From contig CAWDGM010000005.1 in assembly GCA_963801895.1 (NCBI GenBank), forward strand, positions 231,385 through 295,384: 64,000 nucleotides of DNA, given 5' to 3'. Each line of letters begins with the position of its first letter. The first letter of the stretch is position 1. The DNA comes from an uncultured Acidobacteriota bacterium (GTDB lineage: Bacteria > Acidobacteriota > Terriglobia > Terriglobales > Acidobacteriaceae). The notes under the pieces are model-generated. The model was given only the letters and a program-made list of their open reading frames with translations, was not told the origin of the DNA and did no database searches. Position numbers and translations under genes: made by a program. This document shows, piece by piece, positions 47,554-57,892 of this stretch.

Positions 47554-49458
47554 TTAGGATTCGGAATGTCTTCTCGTGGGGACCACGAACCCGCTCGGGT
47601 TCGACACGAGTTCGCGGCCTACTTCTCTCAGGAACAGTCGTGCCTTCTGGTCGCCGACGTCCCTTGCGCGGACGGCGAGCAGGAAGCTCAGCACAAACGA
47701 AGTAGCGATGTTCAGAACGCCGACGACCAAGACTCCCAACAACGAAATGATCACCTCATGGCGGTTGAGCCCGCCATATATCCACATTCCGTCGATTGCG
47801 TAACCAAGACTTGCCGCGGATAGCGTGACGTGCCGCACCTCAAGCGGAATGCCAAAGAGTGAAACTAGAATCGGAACCGTCCCCAGCAGGCAACCCAGGG
47901 TGATGTAGCCGATGGCGCCGGGGGCTTGATGGTTGATCCATTCCGCAAGTCGAGCGGCTTTCTTCATTCCTAATCGGTGACGAACTCGCAGGCTGTTCGA
48001 AATCGCGGATTCCATCTTGCTGGTGGCGATGTAGTTGGCCGTCCAGCCAGTGGCCAGGGACGAAAGCCACAGCAGGACACCGGTCACGATGGCGAAAGCG
48101 ATGGTCCCCGACTGGTGCGGAAATAGCATGTGTACTCCATGGTCCGCCTCCGCCTGCGTCAGGAATGGGTGGTGAAAAGCAAGATTCCACAGCCGGTCGA
48201 TCGCCATTGAGACCGGAATCGCGCCTAGCAGGTTGGAAATGGTAACGATGGTCTGAGTCTGGGATATCGCCCGCAGGCTGGCCATGTGATCCTTCGCGGG
48301 ATCTTCCATCGCGTCGACCAGCGTAGCCGCCGTCGCAGCCGGCATTTTTGATGCGAGCAAGAATCCGCCAGCCTGCATCATCAGAAAACTGATGGCGTAG
48401 TTCAGTGAATGGCCGAGGGCTACCAGAAAAGGGGCCTGAATCCTGGTGGAGATGCCATACTTGATGAGCGCCGTGAAGCAGGTAATGACGCCTGCCATGA
48501 TCGCTCCCGCCCCCATGAGTCGCCAGTGGCTGGCATTCTTGGCAATGTAGTGAACGCCGACGCGTCCTGTTTTCTCGACCACGCTGCGAGCCATACGACG
48601 GAAAGTAGTGCTGACCACTCGCATAATCCGCCTCTGGTTGGCGAAGCCAAGGATCAAGGCGACTGCAAATTTGCGCGCATCCGCTCCCGGTTTCCGCAAA
48701 CCAAGGACCTGGTCGATTCGCCACAGAAAAGATCGAAGCAACCGCAGGCGGAAGATCAATCCGGCGGAAGTTCCCTCTTTCTCCAGACGCTCGTTGATCT
48801 CGCGCAATTGGGCTACACATTCGTCGCGCTGCTTTTCCCATTGGGGCAGTTCCGCGGGATTCAAGACAACCGATTCCACCAACGCAGGAAGATGAAAAAA
48901 GGCGGACTTGGTGATGTCGTCATCGCTACTCAGCAAGAGCATGTCCCGCGAAAGAGCCACATTAGCCGCGCGCAGTGCCAGCACTTTGCACGACGCAAGC
49001 ATCGAAGAGGTGGAAAGGCTGAAGATATTGGACCACCACGTTACAAGCTCATCGGGAAGAGAATTTATCCAGCGGGCGTCGCTCTCCTTCAGATCCAAGG
49101 AGTCGAGAAGAACATATAGATCGCCTCGGACCTCGTCTTCCGGTAGCAACCGCTTAGCGGCACGAACGAATAACTCTCGGATTAGAAAAATTTCGTCCGG
49201 CAGTCCCGCCTCGGAAATAACTCGAACGTAAGAGTGGTGCGACCAGAAATCGCGAAATCCCGCGATGATCTCGTCGCGGTGCGGATGGCCTTCGATATTG
49301 GCGGTGAGTTTCGCCAGCACGTCTGTGCGCAGGGTGATGGGAACGTCGAGAATCTCGCGCAGCAGTCCATAGACCCAGGTAGCGCGTTCGCGCGGAGACC
49401 CGAACTCGAACCTCAAGAGGTCCCTGGACGCCAAGGAAATTTGTGCGACGGAATTCAT
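47554..49458 (-). CDS. large polytopic membrane protein, possibly of the family often annotated as 'site-specific recombinase' (PF10136-like); function unknown
   Basis: 634 aa with a soluble N-terminal third (..EAGLPDEIFLIRELFVRAAKRLLPEDE..) followed by multiple TM helices. The family assignment is from memory only. Confidence 0.5.
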   Translation of the reverse strand: MNSVAQISLASRDLLRFEFGSPRERATWVYGLLREILDVPITLRTDVLAKLTANIEGHPHRDEIIAGFRDFWSHHSYVRVISEAGLPDEIFLIRELFVRAAKRLLPEDEVRGDLYVLLDSLDLKESDARWINSLPDELVTWWSNIFSLSTSSMLASCKVLALRAANVALSRDMLLLSSDDDITKSAFFHLPALVESVVLNPAELPQWEKQRDECVAQLREINERLEKEGTSAGLIFRLRLLRSFLWRIDQVLGLRKPGADARKFAVALILGFANQRRIMRVVSTTFRRMARSVVEKTGRVGVHYIAKNASHWRLMGAGAIMAGVITCFTALIKYGISTRIQAPFLVALGHSLNYAISFLMMQAGGFLLASKMPAATAATLVDAMEDPAKDHMASLRAISQTQTIVTISNLLGAIPVSMAIDRLWNLAFHHPFLTQAEADHGVHMLFPHQSGTIAFAIVTGVLLWLSSLATGWTANYIATSKMESAISNSLRVRHRLGMKKAARLAEWINHQAPGAIGYITLGCLLGTVPILVSLFGIPLEVRHVTLSAASLGYAIDGMWIYGGLNRHEVIISLLGVLVVGVLNIATSFVLSFLLAVRARDVGDQKARLFLREVGRELVSNPSGFVVPTRRHSES

Positions 49459-49571
49459 CTCTGTAAGGGTTTAGAGGAGCCTTCAGGGTACGCGAAAAGG
49501 ACGCTGGTGGCTGTAGGGAAAATCCCGGTTCGCGACTGGCAGAGTGGGTATTCCGAACGCGAAAATCTCGA

Positions 49572-50471
49572 TTAACGCCGTTTCAGGGCTTCCAGTTCGT
49601 CCAAGGTGCGCGGCCAGTCTGAGCCGAGCAGACGTGAAAGGCTCCGGTCGGCGAGAACTTTGCCTCCCGTCTGGCAGCGGGCGCAGTAGTTCGTCTCTTT
49701 GTCGGCATATCGGATGCGCAGTATTTTTTCGCCGCACCGGGGACAGGGCTGGCCGTAGCGTCCGTGAGTCGCCATGTCCTTACGGAATGCTGTGACTTTC
49801 TCCGGGAAGCCTCGCTCTGCATCTGCGCCCAGCTTGGAGATCCACAGCTTCAGCGTTTGACGGGTCGCGTCATAAAGCCGCTGCCACTCTTCATCTGTCA
49901 GCTTCTTGGTCATCGTGATGGGAGAGAGTTGCGCTGCATGCAAAATCTCGTCCGAATATGCGTTGCCAATACCGCTCAGCAGGCGAGGGTCCGTCAGCGC
50001 TCGTTTCAGCGTGTGATTTTCTGCGGTGAGCACGGAACGGAAAGTTTCGAGATCGGAAGAAAAGACGTCAATGCCGCCTGCATCGAGCGAAGCTAGATTC
50101 GATTCTCCCGCAATCAGGTGTAACGAAGCCCGTCTCTTGCTGCCCGCTTCTGTCAAAAGCAAGGTTCCGTTCGGAAAATCGAATGCTGCCAGATTTTGGC
50201 GGCCACCGAGTTTCGCCGGAGCATTTTTCCAGTGCAAACGTCCAGCAATCATCAGGTGGAGAACGATCCAGAGATCCCCCTCCAGTCCTATCGCGATGCG
50301 TTTGCCAATCCGTTTCAGCTGAACTACCGTCCGCCCCTCAGCGCTGCCGATCGGCGGCTGGACTGTTCGCAAAAGAAAGGGACTGCCCAAGCGGACATGT
50401 TGCAGGGTCTGGTGCAAGATGCGTGCTTCGAGGGCGCTGATGTACGCCGTGATGTCAGGCAACTCCGGCAT
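49572..50471 (-). CDS. Fpg/Nei family DNA glycosylase
   Basis: N-terminal MPELPD and a C-terminal zinc finger CPRCG..CARCQ. Confidence 0.85.
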   Translation of the reverse strand: MPELPDITAYISALEARILHQTLQHVRLGSPFLLRTVQPPIGSAEGRTVVQLKRIGKRIAIGLEGDLWIVLHLMIAGRLHWKNAPAKLGGRQNLAAFDFPNGTLLLTEAGSKRRASLHLIAGESNLASLDAGGIDVFSSDLETFRSVLTAENHTLKRALTDPRLLSGIGNAYSDEILHAAQLSPITMTKKLTDEEWQRLYDATRQTLKLWISKLGADAERGFPEKVTAFRKDMATHGRYGQPCPRCGEKILRIRYADKETNYCARCQTGGKVLADRSLSRLLGSDWPRTLDELEALKRR

Positions 50472-50612
50472 ACATAACAGCTTGCCTCGTGACCTATAGT
50501 TTTTGCAATCTGGCGAACGCAGATCGTGACTTCGTCAAAGTTTTGCAACTCGGCCATTGACTCTCGCGCCGCCGAGGGAGTAGAGTGCCATCCGTTCTGG
50601 GGTTTCTGGGGA

Positions 50613-51662
50613 ATGACGCGCACAACACGGCGTGTAGGGATAGTTCTATTTCAGCTTGGTGGACCTGACAAGCTGGAAGCGATCGAACCATTCCTTTATA
50701 ACCTCTTCTGCGATCCCGATATCATTGACTTCCCTTTCGCTCGAATCGGCCGCAAACCTCTGGCCAAGTTAATTTCGACTACGCGCGCCCGCAAGGTGCA
50801 ACACCACTATGCGAGCATCGGCGGAAGATCACCAATCGGTCCGAACACGGAGCGTCAGGCACGGGCGCTCGAAGAGGCACTTCGAGGACAAGGGATGGAT
50901 GCCCGATGTTTCGTCGCCATGCGATACTGGCATCCCTTCACAAGTGAGGCAGTCGAACAACTGCGAGCCGCGCGTTGTGACGAAATTGTGCTTCTGCCGC
51001 TCTATCCTCAATATTCTTCTACTACTACGGGTTCAAGTCTGAACGAATGGAAACGCCTGTTTCACGATGACACCCCCGTTCACAGCATCGAAACCTTCTA
51101 CAAGAACGAGGCATACCTGGACTCGGTTGTAGAGAGAGTGAATGAAGCGCTTTCGCGGTTCCCACTCGCCGACCGGCCCGAGATCGTTTTCAGCGCACAC
51201 AGCGTTCCGTTGTCGGTGATTGAAAAGGGCGATCCATATCAGAGGCACATCCAGGAGACTGTTCAGTTGTTGATGCAACGCGGCAGATGGAGAAATCCGC
51301 ATCGGCTGTGCTACCAAAGTAAAGTGGGCGCCAGTCGATGGTTGCAGCCGTCGCTGCACCAGACGCTTCGTCAACTTTCGTCAGAGAGGGTTCGCGAGGT
51401 GTGCGTGGTGCCGGTTGCCTTTGTCTCCGATCATGTCGAGACGCTGGGAGAAATTGATCACGAGGCGCGCCACGAAGCACACGAGTTGGGCATCACACAA
51501 TTTGAAATGAGTGGCGGGCTGAACGATTCGCCCAAATTCATCCGCGCGCTCACGGAACTCGTTCTTGAAAGCTTGAAGCAAGAGGTCCAATCGTCTATTC
51601 CGATTCACAGTCTTGGGAGGGAGTTAGCGGCGCCGAGTTACGTGACGGCCGCTGGAGATTAG
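50613..51662 (+). CDS. hemH: ferrochelatase
   Basis: Start moved to ATG 50613. Motifs GIVLFQLGGPD, LPLYPQYSSTT and AHSVP. Confidence 0.92.
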   Translation: MTRTTRRVGIVLFQLGGPDKLEAIEPFLYNLFCDPDIIDFPFARIGRKPLAKLISTTRARKVQHHYASIGGRSPIGPNTERQARALEEALRGQGMDARCFVAMRYWHPFTSEAVEQLRAARCDEIVLLPLYPQYSSTTTGSSLNEWKRLFHDDTPVHSIETFYKNEAYLDSVVERVNEALSRFPLADRPEIVFSAHSVPLSVIEKGDPYQRHIQETVQLLMQRGRWRNPHRLCYQSKVGASRWLQPSLHQTLRQLSSERVREVCVVPVAFVSDHVETLGEIDHEARHEAHELGITQFEMSGGLNDSPKFIRALTELVLESLKQEVQSSIPIHSLGRELAAPSYVTAAGD

Positions 51663-51700
51663 GGCCCCACTTCTGTAGGCAGAGAAAGAGGAGGAGATTC

Positions 51701-52342
51701 ATGGCGGAGTTGGAGACCGGCAAGGTCAATCCGAATCCGGAACCGGTCAAGAAGCCGGCCAGTCCCGCGGCAGATGCCACGAAGTATGTGGGCACGCCGG
51801 CTGTCGGTACGTCGAAAGCAGCCGCTTCGGCCGGAGTGGCAGGAACCGCTCCCTCCACGGAGATCGACCGCCATCGCCGGCGTTTTGTTTGGACGATGGT
51901 CACCGGCTTTCTGACAGCGTGGTTTCTGGCGTTTTTTCGATTCTTTCTTCCCCGCACACTCTTCGAACCCAACTCTCTTTTCAAGATCGGCTACCCGTCC
52001 GAGTTCGCTCTCGGAGTCGACACCAAATTCCAGCAGAAATATCGAATCTGGGTGGACCGTACGCCTGACCGTCTGTTTGTGATTTATGCACGGTGCACGC
52101 ATCTCGGCTGCACGCCCGACTGGAAGCCCAGCGAAAACAAATTCAAGTGTCCGTGTCACGGCAGCGGCTACGACAGCGAAGGAATCAACTTTGAGGGACC
52201 AGCGCCGCGTCCGATGGATCGCGCCCACCTCGAACTTGCTCCTGACGGGCAGATCCTGGTGGATACATCGAAGTTGTACTCGTGGCCTAAAGGACAACCG
52301 AGCAAATTCAATGATCCGGGAGCATTTTTGACAGGAGTTTAG
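51701..52342 (+). CDS. Rieske 2Fe-2S subunit of a cytochrome bc-type complex
   Basis: 213 aa with a TM anchor and the cluster boxes CTHLGC and CPCHGS. Confidence 0.92.
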   Translation: MAELETGKVNPNPEPVKKPASPAADATKYVGTPAVGTSKAAASAGVAGTAPSTEIDRHRRRFVWTMVTGFLTAWFLAFFRFFLPRTLFEPNSLFKIGYPSEFALGVDTKFQQKYRIWVDRTPDRLFVIYARCTHLGCTPDWKPSENKFKCPCHGSGYDSEGINFEGPAPRPMDRAHLELAPDGQILVDTSKLYSWPKGQPSKFNDPGAFLTGV

Positions 52343-52351
52343 ATTTCAATC

Positions 52352-52398
52352 GCGAAGGCGAGGCGCCTTCGCAACAGCCGGCCGGATGCCGGCGCTAC
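52352..52398 (+). repeat. composite double-hairpin element, family B
   Basis: gcgaaggcgaggcgccttcgc plus a plus acagccggccggatgccggcgctac, between the Rieske and cytochrome b genes. Confidence 0.85.
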
Positions 52399-52413
52399 AG
52401 TTCAGGACTCACT

Positions 52414-53346
52414 ATGGCTGACGAAAACAAACCGAACGGCGGCAACGGCAAGGTCGGGCTGATCGACAAGGTCAAGGAAGACATACAGGCCCTCAAGACA
52501 GAGATCCCTGCCAAGGCGAAGGAACAGATCGAGGGGCTGAAAGATCCGACGAAGACACAGGTCTATACGTCGATTTTCCGGCACAAGCACGATGACACGC
52601 CTCGAAACCGGGCGCTGGGCGTGCTGTCCAACGTCTTCCTCCATCTACATCCGGCGAAGATCAACCGCGACGCCGTGCGCTACAGCTACACTTGGGGAAT
52701 GGGCGGGATTACGTTTTATCTGTTCATCATCCTGACCTACACCGGTGTGTTGCTGATGTTTTATTACCACCCGAGCAAGGTGCAGGCGTTCCGTGACGTG
52801 CTCTATCTCGAGCACGATGTGCCATTCGGAAAGATTCTGAGAAACATGCATCGCTGGGCCGCTCACCTGATGGTGATCGGCGTCTGGCTACACATGTTTC
52901 GCGTATTTCTGACGGGATCGTACAAGAAACCGCGCGAGTTCAATTGGAACATCGGCGTACTGCTGCTCGTCTTCACGCTGCTGCTGTCGTTCACCGGATA
53001 CCTGCTACCCGATGATCAACTCGGATTTTGGGCCGTCACCGTGGGAACGAATATGGCGCGTGCCACACCGCTGTTGGGGCATGAAGGTCCATTCGGATCG
53101 ATGTTAGGCATGACTCCGTACAACGACGTGCGGTTTGGATTGCTTGGTGGATCGATTGTGGACGCCAATGCGTTGTTGCGGTCCTACATCTGGCACTGCA
53201 TCGGAATTCCAATTGTGGCGTCGGTGCTGATGATCGTGCACTTCTGGCGCGTCCGAAAAGACGGCGGGATTTCAGGTCCGGCTCCGGTAATGCTCGAAGC
53301 TGAAGCGGACAAGCCGCGCAGGGGCCCGAAGGCGGCGGGAGAGTAA
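52414..53346 (+). CDS. cytochrome b6-like (N-terminal four-helix half of cytochrome b)
   Basis: 310 aa. The His pairs are spaced 13 residues apart (NMH..WLH) and 14 residues apart (IWH..IVH), as in b6-type proteins. Confidence 0.9.
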   Translation: MADENKPNGGNGKVGLIDKVKEDIQALKTEIPAKAKEQIEGLKDPTKTQVYTSIFRHKHDDTPRNRALGVLSNVFLHLHPAKINRDAVRYSYTWGMGGITFYLFIILTYTGVLLMFYYHPSKVQAFRDVLYLEHDVPFGKILRNMHRWAAHLMVIGVWLHMFRVFLTGSYKKPREFNWNIGVLLLVFTLLLSFTGYLLPDDQLGFWAVTVGTNMARATPLLGHEGPFGSMLGMTPYNDVRFGLLGGSIVDANALLRSYIWHCIGIPIVASVLMIVHFWRVRKDGGISGPAPVMLEAEADKPRRGPKAAGE

Positions 53347-53382
53347 ATGGTCTCCGTTTTTATGTGGGAAAAAGAAACTTTA

Positions 53383-53497
53383 TGTGGGGACAGCCGCCCT
53401 CGGCTGTCCGTCGAGCGCAGCTCGACAGGTTTTTGCTGATGGCTTAGAAGGTGTCGAGCTTCGCTCGACCGGACGGCCGAAGGCGGCCGTCCCCACA
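53383..53497. repeat. inverted pair of REP-like elements, family G (TGTGGGGAC(A/G)GCCGCC(C/T)TCGGC(T/C)GTCCG(G)TCGAGCG)
   Basis: Arms at 53383-53417 and 53462-53497 are near-perfect reverse complements. Each arm also has its own hairpin (ggacagccg/cggctgtcc). Confidence 0.9.
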
Positions 53498-53514
53498 TGG
53501 TTCGTGGAGAGACT

Positions 53515-54444
53515 ATGGACTGGCGACAATTGTGGGAAATTTGTTCGGCGCCGGACAACGTGCCGATCGTAGGCTTGATTCCGCTACTTGGCTTTTACAT
53601 CTACCTGGCGTGGAAGCAGGCGCATGCCAACGATGTCCTCATCGCCGAACTCGAGGCCGATCCGGCGCTGGCGAAGACGCATCATCGCAAGACCTGGCCT
53701 TTCAAGCCGGGATGGGCCAAGGAAGTCCACGTCTGGCCATTCCTTCTCCGCATTGAGTTCCTTGCGGCCATCATCGTCACCATTATTTTGATGGTCTGGT
53801 CGATCACGTTGAACGCTCCGCTGGAAGAACCGGCGAACCCGAACCTCACCATGAACCCTGCCAAGGCCCCGTGGTACTTCCTTGGACTGCAGGAAATGCT
53901 GGTTTATTTCGATCCATGGATCGCGGGCGTCGTGATGCCGACGATGATCATCATCGGCCTGATGGTGATTCCGTACATCGATACGAATCCGTTGGGCAGC
54001 GGTTATTACACGTGGAAGCAACGCAAGTTTTCGATTGGGACATTCTTGTTCGGCTTCATCATCCTGTGGGTCGCGATGATCATCATCGGGACATTTATCC
54101 GCGGGCCAGGTTGGCAGTGGTTCTGGCCGGGACAAACTTGGGATCACAACCGGCTGATCTATGAGGTGAACCGTGACTTGCCGGACCTTTTCGGGATCAC
54201 CTCGAATTTAGGTAAAGGCATCTTCGGAGCAATTATCGTCGGCGGCTTCTATCTGGTAGGCGGCGGCCTGGTCTATTCGATGTTTCGCCGGCGCATGGGA
54301 AAAGACTTTCAGCGCATGAGTCTTCTCCAGTTTTCGCTGATGAATTTCCTGTTGCTCAGCATGGTCGCGTTGCCGCTTAAAATGGCTCTGCGACTTTTGT
54401 GGCACATCAAGTACGTGTGGATTACGCCCTGGTTCAACATTTGA
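53515..54444 (+). CDS. cytochrome bc complex subunit IV-like (C-terminal half of cytochrome b) with extra TM helices
   Basis: Start moved to ATG 53515, which follows GGAGAGA. The Qo-site motif is PWYFLGLQEML (PEWY-type). Confidence 0.85.
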   Translation: MDWRQLWEICSAPDNVPIVGLIPLLGFYIYLAWKQAHANDVLIAELEADPALAKTHHRKTWPFKPGWAKEVHVWPFLLRIEFLAAIIVTIILMVWSITLNAPLEEPANPNLTMNPAKAPWYFLGLQEMLVYFDPWIAGVVMPTMIIIGLMVIPYIDTNPLGSGYYTWKQRKFSIGTFLFGFIILWVAMIIIGTFIRGPGWQWFWPGQTWDHNRLIYEVNRDLPDLFGITSNLGKGIFGAIIVGGFYLVGGGLVYSMFRRRMGKDFQRMSLLQFSLMNFLLLSMVALPLKMALRLLWHIKYVWITPWFNI

Positions 54445-54583
54445 AGCAAGAGGCACAAACTGTCGTGTTGAGCGAAGTCGAAGCATCCCTATAGCGCAGA
54501 AGAGTGCAGCCGATAGGGATTCCTCGCTAGGCTCGGAAGGACAGTGAGTTTAGAGTTTTGGAACAATTTAGGCGGAGGAACTG

Positions 54584-57500
54584 GTGCCTGATAAACCCAT
54601 CCCCGATCAAGATCCGATTACAAGCAAGTCCTATGCCGCGCATTACCTGATCGCGACGATCATTCTGATTGTCACCTTGTTCTGGGCACTGTGGGATGAG
54701 GCCTGGGGGCAGCGGCCATGGAAAGCATTCCAGGAACAATTCAAGACGCGTTACAGCGCGCTTCTGAATACTTCGCGCTCGAAGTCTGCGACCTCGCAGA
54801 AAGATGTCGAGCAGGATCCGGATTATGCGAAATTGAAACAGGATTATCAGAAAGCCTACGACAGTTCCAAAGCACAATCCGAAGAAGCTCGCAAGAAACT
54901 AGATGACGCAAGCGCCCGCCTGCTGGCGGTGCAAAGCGTATTCACCGACCGACGAGCGTACGTCAATGCGCTGACCTACGAATACGAAACGGCAAGCAGC
55001 GATTCGGCCAAGGCCAGTAAGAAGAAGGATATTGACGATTACAAGAAAGAGAAGGCGACGGTCGAGTTCCCCGATGGCAAGAAGGAGTCCTACAACTTCG
55101 AGGAACTGGAGAAGACCTATAACGACATCCGCGACGAACGCACGAAACTGAGCCTGGTGCTCGGGGACGTCTTGAAGCCTGTGACTGATGCTCGCGCCAA
55201 GATGGACGAGTACGTCACCGACCACATGGTCGACCTCACACCGGCGCAGATTGATGGTCTGAAGAAGAAGACCTCGGATTGGGACCCGAAGATCGTGCAG
55301 GTTAACGTCGCGGACGCGAACATCGTGGACCGCTGCGAATCCTGCCATCTGGGCGCTCGTGAGCCTTTCAAGATCACTCCGGCCGCGATGACATCCAAAG
55401 GCGACAAGAAGCCCGACGAGTACGCGCAGGCGTTCGCCAGTCATAGCTCTCCCGAGTTGTTGCAGATTCACGATCCTGACAAGTTCGGATGCTCGCCTTG
55501 CCATCAGGGCAACGGGCGCGCCACTACGAGCGTAGAGAAGGCTCACGGCAATTATGAGCACTGGCTTTGGCCACTGTTCCCCAAGGAAAATTCCGAAGCG
55601 GGTTGCCAGACATGCCATGCCGCAGACATGGTGCTCGTCAGCAACGATACCCAGTTTCAGACAATCAACGCCGGCAAGGATTTATTTCGGCAGCGAGGCT
55701 GTATGGGATGCCACCGCTACGAGGGTTATGACAAGGAACCTGAGGATCTGAATTCGGTCGGTCAGCAAATAAAGCAGATCGAGACGCAGAAGAAAGATAA
55801 CGTCAAGCAATCTGCCTACCTGATGAAGCAGGCCGACTCAGCCGAATCGAACGACGAGGCCAACAAGCTTAATACGCAGGCGGTCGACCTTCGAGTCGCA
55901 AACAGCCGCTTCGATGCGAGGCTGCAGCAGCTTGATTTTCAGTCGCACAGCCTGATGCAGGACATGAAGAAGGTAGGGCCGAATCTGAAAGACATTCGGC
56001 TCAAGCTCAACAAGAACTGGATCCCTGTCTGGTTGAAGAAGCCGTCGGACTTCCGTCCGACGACCAAGATGCCGAACTTCCGGCTCACCGACCACCAGAT
56101 CCAGGCGATCTCCGCATACATCTGGCAGTCGAGTTTTACCGACAAGGTTCCGCAGCACAAGCCGGGCAACGCGGCACATGGGAAGGAACTGTTCGAATCG
56201 CGCGGCTGCCTTGCGTGCCACTCCATCGGCGAAGGAGACCAGTTGATGGGTGGCACGTTCGCAGCGAATCTTACGCGCGTGGGAGAAAAGGCGAACTACG
56301 ACTATCTCGTCCGCTGGATTCACAACGCGCGAGAACGTACGCGGCCCTATTGCCCCTACGAGAAGAAAGACATCGGTCCTGAGGACTACGCAAAGAAAAA
56401 TCTTCCCTACCAATTCGATCTCGAGCACAGCAAGTGCCCGAATGACGGACACGAACTTCAGGTCCAGAACATGACCGTGATGCCCAGCCTGCGTCTTGCC
56501 CCAGAAGACGCTGAGGACATCGCGACCTACCTGATGACGCAGAAGAAGCAGGAGCCCTCGTCGTACGCGGATGCGGCGTTCATGGATGACGCATCTTTAA
56601 GAGAAGAAGGAAAGAAGTGGGTGCGTCACTATGGCTGCTCCGGATGTCACGAGATTGCGGGCTTCGAAGATGAAGGACGCATTGGCACCGAACTCACCTA
56701 CGAAGGCAGCAAACCGATCGAGCGTCTGGATTTTGCGCTCTTCACCGAAATATCGCAGCGCGGCGGCAAAGACGCAGAACCGATCAAAGACAAAGAAGAT
56801 CTGGCGCGGCTGCCCGATGGACCTGCAAAAGAACCGTGGTACGACCACAAGGGATTTTTCGAGCACAAGCTGGCAGAGCCTAACATTTACGACCAAGGCA
56901 AGGTGAAGGGCGAAACCGAAGCCCTGCGCATGCCCAACCTGCACCTCACAAAAGATCAGGTGCTCGATCTGACTACGTTCCTGATGGGCAGCCAAGAGAC
57001 TTCCCTGCCCGCCAGCTATCAATACAAGCCGGGCGATGCGCGCCATGACATTCAAGAAGGCTGGTGGGTAGTCAAGAAATATAACTGCATGGGATGCCAT
57101 CAATTCATTCCGGGGCAGACGACCATCCTCATGGGGCTCAGACAGTATCAGGACGCGCAAGAACAACTGCCGCCGAAACTGCTGACCGAAGGGGCTCGCG
57201 TCGATCCGGAATGGCTACGGAAATTCCTGTCGAATCCGGCCCTCAGCACGAGCGACACGAACCGGAACGGCGTGCGCCCCTATCTGAAAGTCCGCATGCC
57301 TACGTTCTCATTCTCCGACAACGAACTGCGGAAGCTGGTGCGCTTCTTCGAGGCGCTCTCGCAACAGCCATTGCCGTATATTCCGGAGACGATGCCCACG
57401 CTGACTGCGAAAGAGAGCGACATGGCACGCAGTTTGTTCTCGAGCACGGCGGCTCCCTGCTTGAAATGTCACGCAACGGGGGATCCCGCGCACGACAAGA

Positions 57501-57850
57501 TCGCAACTGCGCCGAACTTCCTGTTGGCGAAAGAGCGTTTAAAACCGGATTGGGTGGAACGTTGGATCACCGATCCGCAGGCAGTAAGTCCTGGAACCTC
57601 GATGCCCTCTGGTCTTTTCAAGCAGCAGAACAGTCAGTGGGTATTCTCGGGGCCGACGCCACCCACGTTCAACGGGTATGAGGGAGATCACCGTAAACTT
57701 CTGACCGACTACATTTTCCAGCTTACGGCCGACGAACAGCGCCGGGTCGCTTCATCGATGCCGCGAGCCAAGGCTGCCGTGCAGCCCGTAACTGATCGCA
57801 AACAGGCTGCCGTGGAATCGCATCATACGGCGAGCGGTGGTTCGCGGTAG
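54584..57850 (+). CDS. membrane-anchored octahaem c-type cytochrome (1088 aa)
   Basis: GTG start after GGAGG. One N-terminal TM helix, a charged coiled-coil region of about 200 aa, and 8 CxxCH motifs (CESCH, CSPCH, CQTCH, CMGCH, CLACH, CSGCH, CMGCH, CLKCH). Confidence 0.88.
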   Translation: MPDKPIPDQDPITSKSYAAHYLIATIILIVTLFWALWDEAWGQRPWKAFQEQFKTRYSALLNTSRSKSATSQKDVEQDPDYAKLKQDYQKAYDSSKAQSEEARKKLDDASARLLAVQSVFTDRRAYVNALTYEYETASSDSAKASKKKDIDDYKKEKATVEFPDGKKESYNFEELEKTYNDIRDERTKLSLVLGDVLKPVTDARAKMDEYVTDHMVDLTPAQIDGLKKKTSDWDPKIVQVNVADANIVDRCESCHLGAREPFKITPAAMTSKGDKKPDEYAQAFASHSSPELLQIHDPDKFGCSPCHQGNGRATTSVEKAHGNYEHWLWPLFPKENSEAGCQTCHAADMVLVSNDTQFQTINAGKDLFRQRGCMGCHRYEGYDKEPEDLNSVGQQIKQIETQKKDNVKQSAYLMKQADSAESNDEANKLNTQAVDLRVANSRFDARLQQLDFQSHSLMQDMKKVGPNLKDIRLKLNKNWIPVWLKKPSDFRPTTKMPNFRLTDHQIQAISAYIWQSSFTDKVPQHKPGNAAHGKELFESRGCLACHSIGEGDQLMGGTFAANLTRVGEKANYDYLVRWIHNARERTRPYCPYEKKDIGPEDYAKKNLPYQFDLEHSKCPNDGHELQVQNMTVMPSLRLAPEDAEDIATYLMTQKKQEPSSYADAAFMDDASLREEGKKWVRHYGCSGCHEIAGFEDEGRIGTELTYEGSKPIERLDFALFTEISQRGGKDAEPIKDKEDLARLPDGPAKEPWYDHKGFFEHKLAEPNIYDQGKVKGETEALRMPNLHLTKDQVLDLTTFLMGSQETSLPASYQYKPGDARHDIQEGWWVVKKYNCMGCHQFIPGQTTILMGLRQYQDAQEQLPPKLLTEGARVDPEWLRKFLSNPALSTSDTNRNGVRPYLKVRMPTFSFSDNELRKLVRFFEALSQQPLPYIPETMPTLTAKESDMARSLFSSTAAPCLKCHATGDPAHDKIATAPNFLLAKERLKPDWVERWITDPQAVSPGTSMPSGLFKQQNSQWVFSGPTPPTFNGYEGDHRKLLTDYIFQLTADEQRRVASSMPRAKAAVQPVTDRKQAAVESHHTASGGSR

Positions 57851-57892
57851 AATGGCGGGTTTCAAGATTCAGCACTGTTGGTAGTGGTCAAT

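Noticed and set aside
47840-48841. A 333-aa minus-strand ORF and a 236-aa plus-strand ORF inside 47554..49458.
   Set aside because: They are out-of-frame or antisense shadows of the 634-aa membrane protein gene. Their composition (Arg/Gly/Pro/His-rich) is not protein-like.
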